The notes: a model not told the origin generated them from the letters alone. Shown: positions 1 through 9,818, numbered from the stretch's first letter. The stretch: 36,651 bases of DNA from Bacteroidales bacterium (GCA_003451785.1 DMJL01000026.1:1-36651); one strand, 5' to 3'. Program-made: numbers and translations.

Positions 1-879
1 AAGTCGTTTTGCGATGCTATCCATCGCAGACCTCCATCGGTAAAAACATGGCAGCAAATACCGTTTATGCCCATTTCGTTTTTTCAGCAACACAAGGTTG
101 CATCATTCGAAGGAAAGGAAGAAACGGTATTTAATAGTTCGGGCACAACTGGCTCGGTGCCATCTGTTCATTATGTTTATGATTTAGAAGTTTACAAAAT
201 AAGCTTCACCATGGGGTTTGAAAGATTTTATGGCAATCCGCGCCAATTTGCCCTTTTAGCATTGCTCCCCGGATATTTGGAGCGAAGCAATTCTTCCTTA
301 GTTTATATGGTTGACTCATTGATGAAAATGGGTGCTGATCCTCTTAGTGGATTCTATCTGCACAATCTGCAGAAACTCGCCGAGACTTTAGAGTATCTGC
401 ATAAAATCAATAAAAAAATAATGCTTGTGGGAGTAAGTTATGCTCTTTTAGACCTTGCCGAGCAACATCCTGTGAAGATTCCCAACGCTATAATTATAGA
501 AACAGGCGGCATGAAAGGGAAACGGAAAGAACTCATAAGGGATGAATTGCATGGTATTCTGAAATCAGCATTTGGTGTAGCTTCTATCCATTCGGAATAT
601 GGGATGACCGAACTTTTATCTCAGGCATATTCCAAGGGCGATGGGGTTTTTGCTTGCCCACCTTGGATGCGCGTAGCAATAAGCGACATTAACGATCCAC
701 TGGGGTATGCAGATTTTGGCAAAACAGGGGGTATAAACATAGTGGATTTAGCAAATTTACACTCCTGTAGCTTCATTGCGACCCAAGATCTGGGAAGGCT
801 TCACCCAAACAATTGCTTTGAAGTACTTGGCAGGTTTGACCATAGTGCTGCAAGAGGCTGCAATCTGATGGTTGAGTAA
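1..879 (+). CDS. LuxE-like acyl-protein synthetase / adenylate-forming enzyme, 5' end truncated by the window edge
   Basis: Frame 1 is open from nt 1 with no stop before the ATG at 67; stop at 877-879. The SSGTTGS motif resembles the (T/S)SG(T/S)TG adenylation motif. Overall it resembles LuxE/PaaK-type acyltransferases annotated in Bacteroidota. Confidence 0.55.
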   Translation, partial: KSFCDAIHRRPPSVKTWQQIPFMPISFFQQHKVASFEGKEETVFNSSGTTGSVPSVHYVYDLEVYKISFTMGFERFYGNPRQFALLALLPGYLERSNSSLVYMVDSLMKMGADPLSGFYLHNLQKLAETLEYLHKINKKIMLVGVSYALLDLAEQHPVKIPNAIIIETGGMKGKRKELIRDELHGILKSAFGVASIHSEYGMTELLSQAYSKGDGVFACPPWMRVAISDINDPLGYADFGKTGGINIVDLANLHSCSFIATQDLGRLHPNNCFEVLGRFDHSAARGCNLMVE

Positions 880-969
880 GACCTTACGGTAACTTCAACC
901 GATTTTTACAAAATGGCATAGCACAGTAAGCTTTTTTGTCGGCTAAAAGAATACAACATATTGACAGGT

Positions 970-1596
970 ATGAAAATACAAGAATCGTATAATGTTTGGG
1001 CAAAAAGCTACGATAGCGACAACAACCTTACCAGGGATTTGGAGGCCAAAGCCCTCCGCGAAACACTCGGCGGAATGAAAACTAAAATCTGCCTCGAATT
1101 GGGATGTGGCACCGGCAAAAATACTGAATGGCTTGCAGAAGTATCGGAAAAAGTAATAGCAGTGGACTTTTCCGATAAAATGCTCGAAGTTGCTAAAAGG
1201 AAATCCTACACAAAAACCATAGAATTTATAAATGCAGATATTGCTCAGCCATGGAACTTCCTATCGAATAATGCAACCCTTATAGTTTGCAGCTTAGTAC
1301 TCGAGCATTTGGAAGATCTTCAACCATTTTTTGCTAAGGCTGCTAAGGCTCTTGCTCCGAAGGGCTATCTTTATGTGGGCGAGTTGCATCCCTTCAAGCA
1401 ATACTTGGGTTCGCACGCAAGGTTTGAAAACGAAGATGGACAAGTTTCACTGAAATGCTTTACCAACCATATTTCTGATTTTGTGGGCGCAGCAAAAGAG
1501 AACGGATTTGCTTTGGAAGAATTGAAGGAGTTTTTCGATAACAACAACCCACAAGGAGTTCCTCGCATATTGACATTATTGTTCAGAAAAACCTAA
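970..1596 (+). CDS. Class I SAM-dependent methyltransferase
   Basis: LELGCGTGKNT motif I (GxGxG) followed by an acidic VDFS motif II. The ORF track starts at a TTG (961); the first ATG is at 970. Confidence 0.75.
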   Translation: MKIQESYNVWAKSYDSDNNLTRDLEAKALRETLGGMKTKICLELGCGTGKNTEWLAEVSEKVIAVDFSDKMLEVAKRKSYTKTIEFINADIAQPWNFLSNNATLIVCSLVLEHLEDLQPFFAKAAKALAPKGYLYVGELHPFKQYLGSHARFENEDGQVSLKCFTNHISDFVGAAKENGFALEELKEFFDNNNPQGVPRILTLLFRKT

Positions 1597-1608
1597 TAGA
1601 AAAGGATT

Positions 1609-2175
1609 TCAGCGAGCCAAGAAATAATATTCGATGGCAATCCTTATGCCGGCAGCAACAAACAAGACTCCGCCAAGAATGGATACATTGCGTGCAAACG
1701 CCATTCCCAATCTATGCCCGCCTGTTAAGCCCGAAAGTGTAAAAAACGCTACTGCAAAGAATGTGAACAACTGTGCTTTAAGAAGATGAGCTTGAAAAAA
1801 CCCTAAGGCAAGACCTACGAGCAGAGCATTCATAGCAGTAGCTATCGAAAGAGCCAAAATTACCCTGATGCTGTTTATATCAAACACCTTGGCTTCAGGC
1901 GAAACCCGCATAGCTTGAAAAAGGATTTTAGCACCCAGAATTACCAATAGGATGGTTGCTGCCCAAATTTCGACACCACCAACAGCGGGAAGCAAAAGTC
2001 GGCCCAAATAGAAGCCAGCAACACCCATTGCAAAGTGGCTAAGCCCAAACAAAAAAGCAGTTTTGATTGAAATACCCGGCAGCAATTTCCCGGATAGTGA
2101 GCTATTGGCAATTGCAAGCCCAAAGCAATTCATGGCCAACCCCATAGCTACAATAAAAAGACTTATAGTATCCAA
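1609..2175 (-). CDS. mntP: MntP-family putative manganese efflux pump (DUF204 repeats)
   Basis: 188-aa polytopic membrane protein with an N-terminal LAMNCFGLAI segment in the position of the MntP LSMDAF motif and an internally duplicated architecture. The start codon is TTG. Confidence 0.6.
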   Translation of the reverse strand: MDTISLFIVAMGLAMNCFGLAIANSSLSGKLLPGISIKTAFLFGLSHFAMGVAGFYLGRLLLPAVGGVEIWAATILLVILGAKILFQAMRVSPEAKVFDINSIRVILALSIATAMNALLVGLALGFFQAHLLKAQLFTFFAVAFFTLSGLTGGHRLGMAFARNVSILGGVLFVAAGIRIAIEYYFLAR

Positions 2176-2196
2176 TGCAACTTGATTTTAAAGGAA

Positions 2197-2667
2197 TTAC
2201 AACAAAGCTACTATTTTTTCGAGCCAAATCCTATCGGTTTCGTCAAAGGAATTAAAATCCTTGCTGTCAACATCCAGCACCCCTACAATTTCTCCTTTGG
2301 CATTGTACAATGGCACAGCAATTTCGCTATTCGAACGGCTATCGCAGGCAATATGACCGGGAAATTGATGCACATCGGGCACCACTTGGGTTGCGCGCTC
2401 ATTAATGGCCGCCCAACAAACCCCTGTGTTCTTTTGCAGCAACTGACAAGCAACCGGTCCCTGGTAAGGACCCACAATGAGCTCACCATTATCGAGTAGG
2501 TAAAAGCCCGTCCAGAAAAAATATTCCATCTTATGACTTAGCACAGCCACCATGGTAGCCATGCGGGAAATGTCGTTGCCCGGCTTCTTGAGTAGGTCTT
2601 GTATTTGCTTATACATTCTCTCGTATCTGCCTGCTTTCTTTTCGGAAGTGAGCCTTTGACTATTCAT
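2197..2667 (-). CDS. msrC: GAF-domain free methionine-(R)-sulfoxide reductase (YebR/MsrC family)
   Basis: 156 aa. Contains GPVACQ...GVCWAA...FPGHIACDSRSNSEIAVPL, matching the three-Cys pattern and the HIACD/SEI motifs of fRMsr GAF proteins. Confidence 0.7.
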   Translation of the reverse strand: MNSQRLTSEKKAGRYERMYKQIQDLLKKPGNDISRMATMVAVLSHKMEYFFWTGFYLLDNGELIVGPYQGPVACQLLQKNTGVCWAAINERATQVVPDVHQFPGHIACDSRSNSEIAVPLYNAKGEIVGVLDVDSKDFNSFDETDRIWLEKIVALL

Positions 2668-3189
2668 TTTTTTGTTTTAATAAAAATTTAAGGCAATTAT
2701 TTGGGGTGCGTCAACCTTACCAAACATTTGCTAAGCATACATTTGCCTACTGATTTTGAAAATGGCACAACCCATTAAAACCCATAACTTAAAAAACAAA
2801 AGTTGTGGCATTCGGTTCAAACTACAAAACCATTAAATCGCAATGTGTTTATGCACACCAATAAACATAAACTTTTGCCTAAGAGCTAACACCTAACCTA
2901 AATCGCAGTATAATTTAACTTTGAATTATTTGCCAAAATTTCCGACTATACTCTCTATTCATCTGCTGTACAAGCCTAATTACAACTTGTTGTTTTTAAG
3001 CCAATACAGCCAAATTCAGTATCATCTGGAAAAACCTACATTCAAATAAAACATAAGGATTATCCAACCTGAGCGTATGGGCATAAACCACAAATTAATT
3101 TCTTAAGATGCAAATTATAATTAATTGCACCATATCTCAGAAAACATCTATTCGCATCAAATAGGTTTGCTAAATGAGTTGAATCATAT

Positions 3190-3999
3190 CTACAATTTGT
3201 CCGTCAACTCCTTAATTAATTGCTCTTTCAGCCTTTTCTTAATCTCAGGTGCTTCTTGCTGTAGGTACTCAAGACCAAAAAACAAATTTCCTTGTTTTCT
3301 GTTTTGCCTTGGTTCAATACTCTCAATTAAAATCGCCTCCAATATATCGCCAAGGCTTTTTACTGTCAAATCCTTTAGCTTTATTTCTACATGCAATTTG
3401 CCTTCATTATTTACAGGATAGAATCCAAACCATGAAAATCTATCCCAACGACCACTAAGCCTATCTGTGGTATGCGCTTTTAAACGCTGCCCTAATGGTT
3501 GGTCAATGGCCTGCCCAACATAAATTGTTTCTCGCCCATCATGAAGCAAATAAATTCCGATTTGTTCTTTAAAGTTTACCTCCGATGCACCAATTTGTTG
3601 AATTCCCAATAAGTCGGGAGCTGTTTTCCAATGAACTAAACTCCTATTCCAATAAATACCAAAGCCATTAATTATCTTGAAAATATTTTCTGTGGCGTCA
3701 TTGTTGCCTCTGGAAGTTGGTTTGTTAGAAATTTCATCAACTGTCAATAGCAGATTAGCGTCATCAAGATACTTTCTCAAAATGTAGTTGCCTCTTTCAA
3801 CTTTGGCAAAAATGGATTTTTCTTTGTTTTCGTTAATATCTGTTGTCAAGTTTGCACTAACTGTGTCCTTTGGTGTTGCGCCTAAGTTTTTCCGATAGCC
3901 TCTTTCTGCAATTAATTGAGCAATCGTAGCATAGTGAAGTGATTTTTTTTCTTCATCCAAAACTTTTTCTATTGCCTCTTTCCATTTCAACTCAGCCAT
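3190..3999 (-). CDS. HARE-HTH domain + GIY-YIG nuclease domain protein (orphan nuclease)
   Basis: The N-terminal ~75 aa (WKEAIEKVL...LHYATIAQLI...PKDTVSANLTTDI...FAKVERGNYILR) fit the HARE-HTH winged-helix pattern. The C-terminal part has GIY(148-150)-x9-YVG(160-162), R172, E221/E226 and N233 in GIY-YIG order. The gene is A/T-rich (18 G+C in the 60 nt at 3781-3840). Confidence 0.6.
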   Translation of the reverse strand: MAELKWKEAIEKVLDEEKKSLHYATIAQLIAERGYRKNLGATPKDTVSANLTTDINENKEKSIFAKVERGNYILRKYLDDANLLLTVDEISNKPTSRGNNDATENIFKIINGFGIYWNRSLVHWKTAPDLLGIQQIGASEVNFKEQIGIYLLHDGRETIYVGQAIDQPLGQRLKAHTTDRLSGRWDRFSWFGFYPVNNEGKLHVEIKLKDLTVKSLGDILEAILIESIEPRQNRKQGNLFFGLEYLQQEAPEIKKRLKEQLIKELTDKL

Positions 4000-4061
4000 A
4001 ATTTATTGATTTAGCGTTCTATTTGTAACTACCAAAGCTACTCAAACTTGATCTCATTTTT

Positions 4062-5438
4062 CTACGCTTTTTTTAGTTCCACCGTGAAATGCCGCATAAT
4101 AGGAGCTTCTTCTACAATTACCAATCCTTTGGAAATTTCGTTTCGTCGGTCGAAAATGTTCTTAAGACATGCAGCAACATAGGCGATATGGTTGTTGGTG
4201 TAAGCGCGGCGTGGAACGGCCAATCTTAGCAATTCGAGTGCAGGGTATCGGTTTTCTCTGGTTATCGGATCGCGGTCGGCAAGTATGGTTCCTATTTCTA
4301 CTCCCCGCACTCCACCTTCCAAATAAAGTTCGACGGCCAGGGTTTGTGCCCTAAATTGCTCCCGCGGCACTTGGGGAAGAAATTTGCTTGCATCAATAAA
4401 TACCGCATGACCACCTGTAGGCTGCTGCATAGGAATACCATAGTCGTGTAGCATTTGCCCCAATAAAGCAACCTGACCAATACGGGATTCTAAAAAATCT
4501 AACTCGGTGCCTTCCATAAGTCCTTGTGCCAGAGCACCCAGATCTCGGCCGGCAAGCCCTCCGTAGGTTATAAATCCTTCGTACATAATGTTGAACACCG
4601 ATGCTTTTTGGTATAAGGATTTATCCCTGCAAGCCATAAATCCACCAATGTTCACAATAGCATCTTTCTTGCTGCTCATGGTAGCACCATCGGCATACGA
4701 AAACATTTCGAGTACAATCTCCCTAATGCTTTTGTCTTGATAGCCTTTCTCCCGTGTTTTGATAAAATAGGCATTTTCGGCAAAACGGGCTGCATCCAAG
4801 AACATGGGTACACCATATTTGCGGCATACTTCTGAAGCCTTCCGTATATTCTCCATTGACACGGGCTGCCCACCAGCAGTATTGTTGGTAATGGTGATAA
4901 TGCACAACGGGATTTTTTCTTTGGGGTATTGCTGAAAAACAGCTTCCAGTTTGCCCACATCAATATTTCCTTTGAAAGGGTGAAACAAGCTGGTGTCGGC
5001 GGCTTCGTCTATTGTGCAATCCACAGCTATGGCTCTTCTGTACTCGATATGCCCTTTGGTGGTATCGAAATGGGAGTTGCCCGGCACAATATCGCCCGCC
5101 TTGAGCATTGCCGAGAAGAGAACATTTTCTGCAGCCCTGCCTTGGTGTGCCGGTAAGAAGTAGGGCATCCCCAAGAGTTTCATAATGGTATCTTTCAACT
5201 TGTGATAAGAGAGTGAGCCGGCATAACTTTCGTCGCCCAACATAATTTCTGACCATTGCATTTGGCTCAGCGCTCCAGTACCTGAGTCGGTAAGCAAGTC
5301 AATATACACCTGATCGCTTCGTAGATTAAAAAGATTGTAATGGGCTTCGGCTATCCAAGCCTCACGCTCTTGGCGAGTACTGCGGTAAATAGGCTCAACA
5401 ACTTTGATTTTATAGGGTTCTGCAAATGGTAGCTCCAT
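4062..5438 (-). CDS. tnaA: Beta-eliminating lyase, tryptophanase / tyrosine phenol-lyase family (PLP-dependent)
   Basis: 458 aa. The N-terminal PFAEPYKIKVVEP and the PLP-lysine motif SSKKDAIVNIGG are typical of TnaA/TPL. Tryptophan versus tyrosine specificity cannot be decided by eye. Confidence 0.8.
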   Translation of the reverse strand: MELPFAEPYKIKVVEPIYRSTRQEREAWIAEAHYNLFNLRSDQVYIDLLTDSGTGALSQMQWSEIMLGDESYAGSLSYHKLKDTIMKLLGMPYFLPAHQGRAAENVLFSAMLKAGDIVPGNSHFDTTKGHIEYRRAIAVDCTIDEAADTSLFHPFKGNIDVGKLEAVFQQYPKEKIPLCIITITNNTAGGQPVSMENIRKASEVCRKYGVPMFLDAARFAENAYFIKTREKGYQDKSIREIVLEMFSYADGATMSSKKDAIVNIGGFMACRDKSLYQKASVFNIMYEGFITYGGLAGRDLGALAQGLMEGTELDFLESRIGQVALLGQMLHDYGIPMQQPTGGHAVFIDASKFLPQVPREQFRAQTLAVELYLEGGVRGVEIGTILADRDPITRENRYPALELLRLAVPRRAYTNNHIAYVAACLKNIFDRRNEISKGLVIVEEAPIMRHFTVELKKA

Positions 5439-5690
5439 AATAATGACGATAATAATGATATAATAATGTGTGCAAACTAAAAAAAATCAAATGAATAATC
5501 AGATGGACAAGAGAATCAGAACGCGAAAGAATCGCGTTTTTTGATGTTGCGGTAAATCTGCAGCGCAGAAACTGCCATAGCTTTGGCATAGTAAAAGTGG
5601 AAATGCAAATGTAAAAATTATTAAAAACCAAAGCGGCTTTTTTTGAACCCCCTTTGATGCATACTGTAGCACAATGCTGCACTTTTGATG

Positions 5691-5698
5691 TATCTTTG
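5691..5698 (+). promoter_or_regulatory. Candidate -7 promoter element TAtcTTTG upstream of the PlsC-like gene
   Basis: tatctttg matches TAnnTTTG, 62 nt upstream of the ATG at 5760. No properly spaced -33 element was seen. Confidence 0.25.
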
Positions 5699-5759
5699 CA
5701 TGGGATTTTGGCAAATACATCCCTTATTGGGTTCTTTATTTTCAAAAAAAACTTATAAT

Positions 5760-6344
5760 ATGGCTTGGATTGCAGGTTTTCTTCTGCGAATATTCGGATG
5801 GAAAGTTGAGACCGAAGATATTCATCTCGTAAAAAAGGCAGTATTGGTAATGGCACCCCATACATCCAACTGGGACTTTATTATTGGAAGACTTGCGCTT
5901 CTTTCGAGAAATGTGCCCGTCAAAACTCTGATGAAAAAGGAAATGTTTGTGTTTCCTATAAGTTACATCCTAAAGGCCTTGGGAACTATTCCCTTGGACA
6001 GGATAAAAAGCCCAAGCACCATAAAATCTGTTACTTCGCACTTTGCCAAATCCGACAATTTGCTTCTGATGATTACCCCCGAAGGTACTCGAAAGCTCAA
6101 TAAGCATTGGAAGAAAGGTTTCTACTTTATTGCTCAGGCATCCAATGCACCATTGTTATTAGGATTCTTAGACTACAAAAACAAAGTTGCGGGCATAGGA
6201 CCCACCATAGTCCCAACGGGCAATTACGAAGAAGACCTGATGAAAATAGAGCATTTTTATAAAGACAAAACCGCCCGTTATCCCGAAAAATTCAATCTTT
6301 CGCCCATTTATCGCCATGATACTAACAAGACGGAAGTGGGTTAA
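5760..6344 (+). CDS. 1-acyl-sn-glycerol-3-phosphate acyltransferase-like (PlsC family) protein
   Basis: HTSNWD (HX4D) acyltransferase motif and PEGTR motif III. I chose the ATG at 5760 (MAWIAGFLLRIFGWKV...) over the upstream TTG at 5685. Confidence 0.7.
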   Translation: MAWIAGFLLRIFGWKVETEDIHLVKKAVLVMAPHTSNWDFIIGRLALLSRNVPVKTLMKKEMFVFPISYILKALGTIPLDRIKSPSTIKSVTSHFAKSDNLLLMITPEGTRKLNKHWKKGFYFIAQASNAPLLLGFLDYKNKVAGIGPTIVPTGNYEEDLMKIEHFYKDKTARYPEKFNLSPIYRHDTNKTEVG

Positions 6345-6465
6345 TTGTAATGCGCATCATTCTTCCTCAAAGGATGTTAGAAATATTTTAGGCGACATTA
6401 CAAATTCATCGCAGAGAAGGAATAGCAAAGGAAGTATGGCAAAGTTTTTAATTTCGCCTTATAAA

Positions 6466-6536
6466 AGATCCTTCCCTTCTGTCGGGATAACAAAATGCTT
6501 ATCAGGAATTGTCATGCTCAACGCAGCGAAGCATCT
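6466..6536. repeat. Degenerate copy of a short palindromic intergenic element (the 'RSFxSLRMT...VILSEAKxL' pseudo-ORF type)
   Basis: Left arm agatccttcccttctgtcgggataac (6466-6491); right arm gtcatgctcaacgcagcgaagcatct (6511-6536). Translated, they give RSFPSVGIT...VMLNAAKHL. This resembles a motif that I recall producing spurious hypothetical proteins in many bacterial genomes. Confidence 0.4.
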
Positions 6537-6796
6537 TATTAGGACAAGGCAGTCATTGATGCTGTCGAAATGTGCCTAATGGTTGCAACTCTCCAAGAAT
6601 AGTATGTTCCATTAAAACAGAAAACCCACCCAAAGCTAATTTGGATGAGTAAAAACTTCCACTATTTATTAAAACAGAACCTTTTACATCAAAATTGCTG
6701 GGGCAAAATCATCTAAAAGTTTCCCTTCATAGAAAGTCCCAACCAAAAGCCTTGTATTTCACTGTTTTTTGAATCTACACTCAAAACAAAACGAAA

Positions 6797-7918
6797 TCAG
6801 TCAGCTTTTCTGCTCTTTTCCTTTTCAAAATACAAAGACAACAAAGATTCTGCCGCCTGATATGCGGTAATTTGATGGTTGTTGAGTAGTTGCTCAACTT
6901 TTGGCAGCATTTCAATGATTTTCGGGTTTTGATAAAACCGACTAATCAAAGCCTGGTTGATGGTGTCTAACATTCGATAGCTTAGCTGTTTAGCTCTTTT
7001 AAGCTCAAAGAAGCCGCTGTTTTTCATAGTATCGCTATGGTACTTCACCATTTGCCATACTTTTTCAATGCCAGTGTTGTGCAATGCCGAGCATAGCTCT
7101 ACTTTGGGTTTCCAGCCGCTTTGATGTACAGGAAACAGATTCAGGGCGCATTGCAACTGCGCCTGAGCCATAGTGGCACGGTGCATATTATCGCCATCGG
7201 CCTTGTTGATAGCCATTCCGTCGCACATTTCGATGATGCCTCGCTTTATACCTTGCAACTCGTCGCCGGCACCGGCAAGCATCAACAAAAGGAAAAAATC
7301 CACCATGGAGTGCACTGCAGTTTCCGACTGACCTACTCCCACAGTTTCTATCAGAATAATATCGAAGCCCGCTGCTTCGCACAAGATTATGGTTTCGCGA
7401 GTTTTTCGGGTTACTCCACCTAAAGTCCCGGCAGAGGGAGAAGGGCGTATAAAGGCGTTGGGGTCGGCAGAAAGTTTCTCCATTCGGGTTTTATCGCCAA
7501 GAATGCTCCCCTTCGAAATTTCGCTCGATGGGTCAATTGCAAGCACTGCAACCCTATGCCCAATAGAGGTAAGATAAAGCCCCAAAGTCTCGATAAATGA
7601 ACTTTTGCCAACACCCGGCACACCTGTAATCCCAATCCTCAACGACTGTCCCGAGTGAGGAAGGCATTTTTCGATCACTTGCTGTGCCAAACGATAATGA
7701 GCATCCAATGCGCTCTCTACCAAAGTTATAGCCCTGCTGAGAACCACTCTATTGCCACTCAAAACACCATCAACAAAATCGTCGGCATTCATTACCGACT
7801 TTTTCCGACTCTTATATTTGCGTAAAGCATCGTTGTTGATACTGGCGGGTTGCTCAATCCCTGGATTAACCCGCAAAGCGGATTTTTCGCTATCGATATT
7901 AGGGTCGGTTTCTTTCAT
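6797..7918 (-). CDS. meaB: Methylmalonyl-CoA mutase-associated GTPase MeaB (ArgK family)
   Basis: Walker [19 protein letters not shown], and the NKAD (NKxD) G4 motif. ATG at 7918 preferred to the upstream TTG at 7954. Confidence 0.85.
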   Translation of the reverse strand: MKETDPNIDSEKSALRVNPGIEQPASINNDALRKYKSRKKSVMNADDFVDGVLSGNRVVLSRAITLVESALDAHYRLAQQVIEKCLPHSGQSLRIGITGVPGVGKSSFIETLGLYLTSIGHRVAVLAIDPSSEISKGSILGDKTRMEKLSADPNAFIRPSPSAGTLGGVTRKTRETIILCEAAGFDIILIETVGVGQSETAVHSMVDFFLLLMLAGAGDELQGIKRGIIEMCDGMAINKADGDNMHRATMAQAQLQCALNLFPVHQSGWKPKVELCSALHNTGIEKVWQMVKYHSDTMKNSGFFELKRAKQLSYRMLDTINQALISRFYQNPKIIEMLPKVEQLLNNHQITAYQAAESLLSLYFEKEKSRKAD

Positions 7919-8089
7919 GGCTAATACACAGATTTCCGCACAAATGTAAGGCAAATGCCCATCTTGAACAAAACAGGCTAAATCCCATTTATCAATTTTG
8001 CAAACAAAAGGTTGTCAAGTAAAAAAAAACAGTAATTTCATGCTGTTTTCCGAAGCTCGCATCATTAACAAAATCACCAACAAAATCGC

Positions 8090-9445
8090 ATGATCATGTT
8101 AAAACACTTTTTGAAACTTCTGTTGATTGCTTTTGTGGTTTGGCCTCTGGGTAATGCTTACTCATGGTCGGAGCACCCTCTAATTTCATACCCTGTATTG
8201 AGAAACATTCCACAGGTGGTTCAGGCACCCGATGTAGAAGTTAGGAGCTTGGCTTCTTTCTTGATGCAAAACGAACAGGCACTTGCTCAAGTGCTTGCTG
8301 CACAGGAAGCACATGCAAGACAACACATTCAAGCCTATGCGCCACTACCTGATGCGCTTGCATTTGCAGCCACAGGAAATGCCGAAGATGTGGTACAGCG
8401 ATTTTTGCAAGCAATAAGGGTAAACCCCAATTCTCGAATGGCACTTTACATACATGTGCCTCCTGGAAGTGATGGAGGCAACAGAGTACCAGTTGACCCA
8501 TTGCTACTCACAACGCTATCCAATCCGATAGATATGCTAAGGACAACATACCTTAATCTGAACGAAGGAGAGCTGGTTTCACCATTGCTGGTGCTTTCTT
8601 CTGCAACAAACGAACCAGACTATGGCTTGGACTTAGGTCTTTTTGATGACAACAATACTTGGTGGGGCGATATTTATGGTTTCGGAACGCAAACATTCGG
8701 AAACCCAAACCTAGAGTATGGAACCCAAGCCCCATTTCACATGGGTTTTTATCATGAAGCAGGCATCGTGTTTGCCGCAGCTCCTTTCTTGCGACGCACC
8801 TTTGTGGAGTATCGCATACACCTTTTTCAAACCCTTGCCGAGTTTGCGTTTAGCCGCAATCAGCACTATTGGGGTTTTCGCTTTATGGGATGGGCTTTGC
8901 ATTATATCGGCGACCTGAGCGTTCCCTACCATGCATCGGTACTGCCGGGCGTGAGTGCCCTTCGTATGATATGGATAAATCTGAAGGCTATGATTGGATT
9001 CCCGCGCAGCCGCGACAATGCCGTGCAACTTGTATCGAACAGACATGCCGTGTACGAGCATTTCCAATTTCTTGTGCTTAGAGAAGCATTCGAAACAGGC
9101 AACAAAGAACATCCTCTCCTGCTTGCATTAGCCAACCCTACTGAAAAAATAACCTTTACGCCCGACTTCCCACGAGCCATTGTGGCGAAAGAAGCATTTG
9201 AAAAAGGAAGAGCAACAAGTAGGGCAATGCGAAGAAATTTTCCTCGAACGCTGATATCCGACCCCACATTTGAAGTGGTGGGAAGTCCTGAGATGACAAA
9301 TCTTATAGAATACATGACTACCGAAAAAGGCAAAGAAAGCGTGGATGCCATGGTTGAAGTTATTGCAGAGCGTTTCAGGGCATACAGTATGCACACCCAT
9401 AGCTTTGTGGAGGCGATGACACCCCATTTCAAGAAAGAACAGTAG
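8090..9445 (+). CDS. Secreted zinc-dependent phospholipase C / S1-P1 nuclease superfamily-like protein
   Basis: N-terminal signal peptide (LLLIAFVVWPLGNA). It is followed by YSWSEH, which puts a Trp close to the predicted mature N-terminus, where this superfamily has its zinc-ligand N-terminal Trp. The HYIGDLSVPYHA motif matches the HYxxDxxxPxH zinc site. Confidence 0.45.
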   Translation: MIMLKHFLKLLLIAFVVWPLGNAYSWSEHPLISYPVLRNIPQVVQAPDVEVRSLASFLMQNEQALAQVLAAQEAHARQHIQAYAPLPDALAFAATGNAEDVVQRFLQAIRVNPNSRMALYIHVPPGSDGGNRVPVDPLLLTTLSNPIDMLRTTYLNLNEGELVSPLLVLSSATNEPDYGLDLGLFDDNNTWWGDIYGFGTQTFGNPNLEYGTQAPFHMGFYHEAGIVFAAAPFLRRTFVEYRIHLFQTLAEFAFSRNQHYWGFRFMGWALHYIGDLSVPYHASVLPGVSALRMIWINLKAMIGFPRSRDNAVQLVSNRHAVYEHFQFLVLREAFETGNKEHPLLLALANPTEKITFTPDFPRAIVAKEAFEKGRATSRAMRRNFPRTLISDPTFEVVGSPEMTNLIEYMTTEKGKESVDAMVEVIAERFRAYSMHTHSFVEAMTPHFKKEQ

Positions 9446-9595
9446 AGGAAAATCTTTATTTTTTGAGCTGACCACCAGATTTTTTGGCTCTAAGGCACAT
9501 CAGTAATTGTTTTCTCTTGGTTGCACCAACAAATAATACCGGGCTGCAATGTGTTGAAATCGCAGTCGGCATCCAAAGAAGCACACACATAATCA

Positions 9596-9625
9596 AAAAC
9601 CCCGACCTATGGTTGGGGTTTTCTT
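9596..9625 (+). terminator. Rho-independent terminator-like hairpin downstream of the PLC-like gene
   Basis: aaaaccccgacc / tat / ggttggggtttt forms a 12-bp stem with one G-U pair, followed by a T-rich tail (cttattt). The A-tract upstream would also allow bidirectional function. Confidence 0.5.
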
Positions 9626-9818
9626 ATTTGCTCACTCATGGAATAATAGGAAAATGCGCCCTAATGGACATTATTCGGGCTGGAGGATAGTTTGAAGCCC
9701 AATAAACACTGACCTTTGGTGAATTTAAAAGCTATAAACAAAAAAACCTTCTTCGTTGCTCTTTCCAACAAATACTTATGATGGAACTTCCAAAACCGAG
9801 TTCAAAAATGCCCTAAAC

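Noticed and set aside
5410-5865. 151-aa minus-strand ORF spanning the tnaA/PlsC-like divergent promoter region
   Set aside because: It overlaps both flanking genes' starts and has a low-complexity, hydrophobic or odd composition (…HLIFFSLHTLLYHYYRHYYGATICRTL). It is A/T-rich intergenic DNA read through by chance.
6316-6579. 87-aa ORF in the PlsC-like/MeaB intergenic region
   Set aside because: Its sequence is dominated by the palindromic element (RSFPSVGIT...VMLNAAKHL), it overlaps the end of the acyltransferase gene, and it has no protein-like features.
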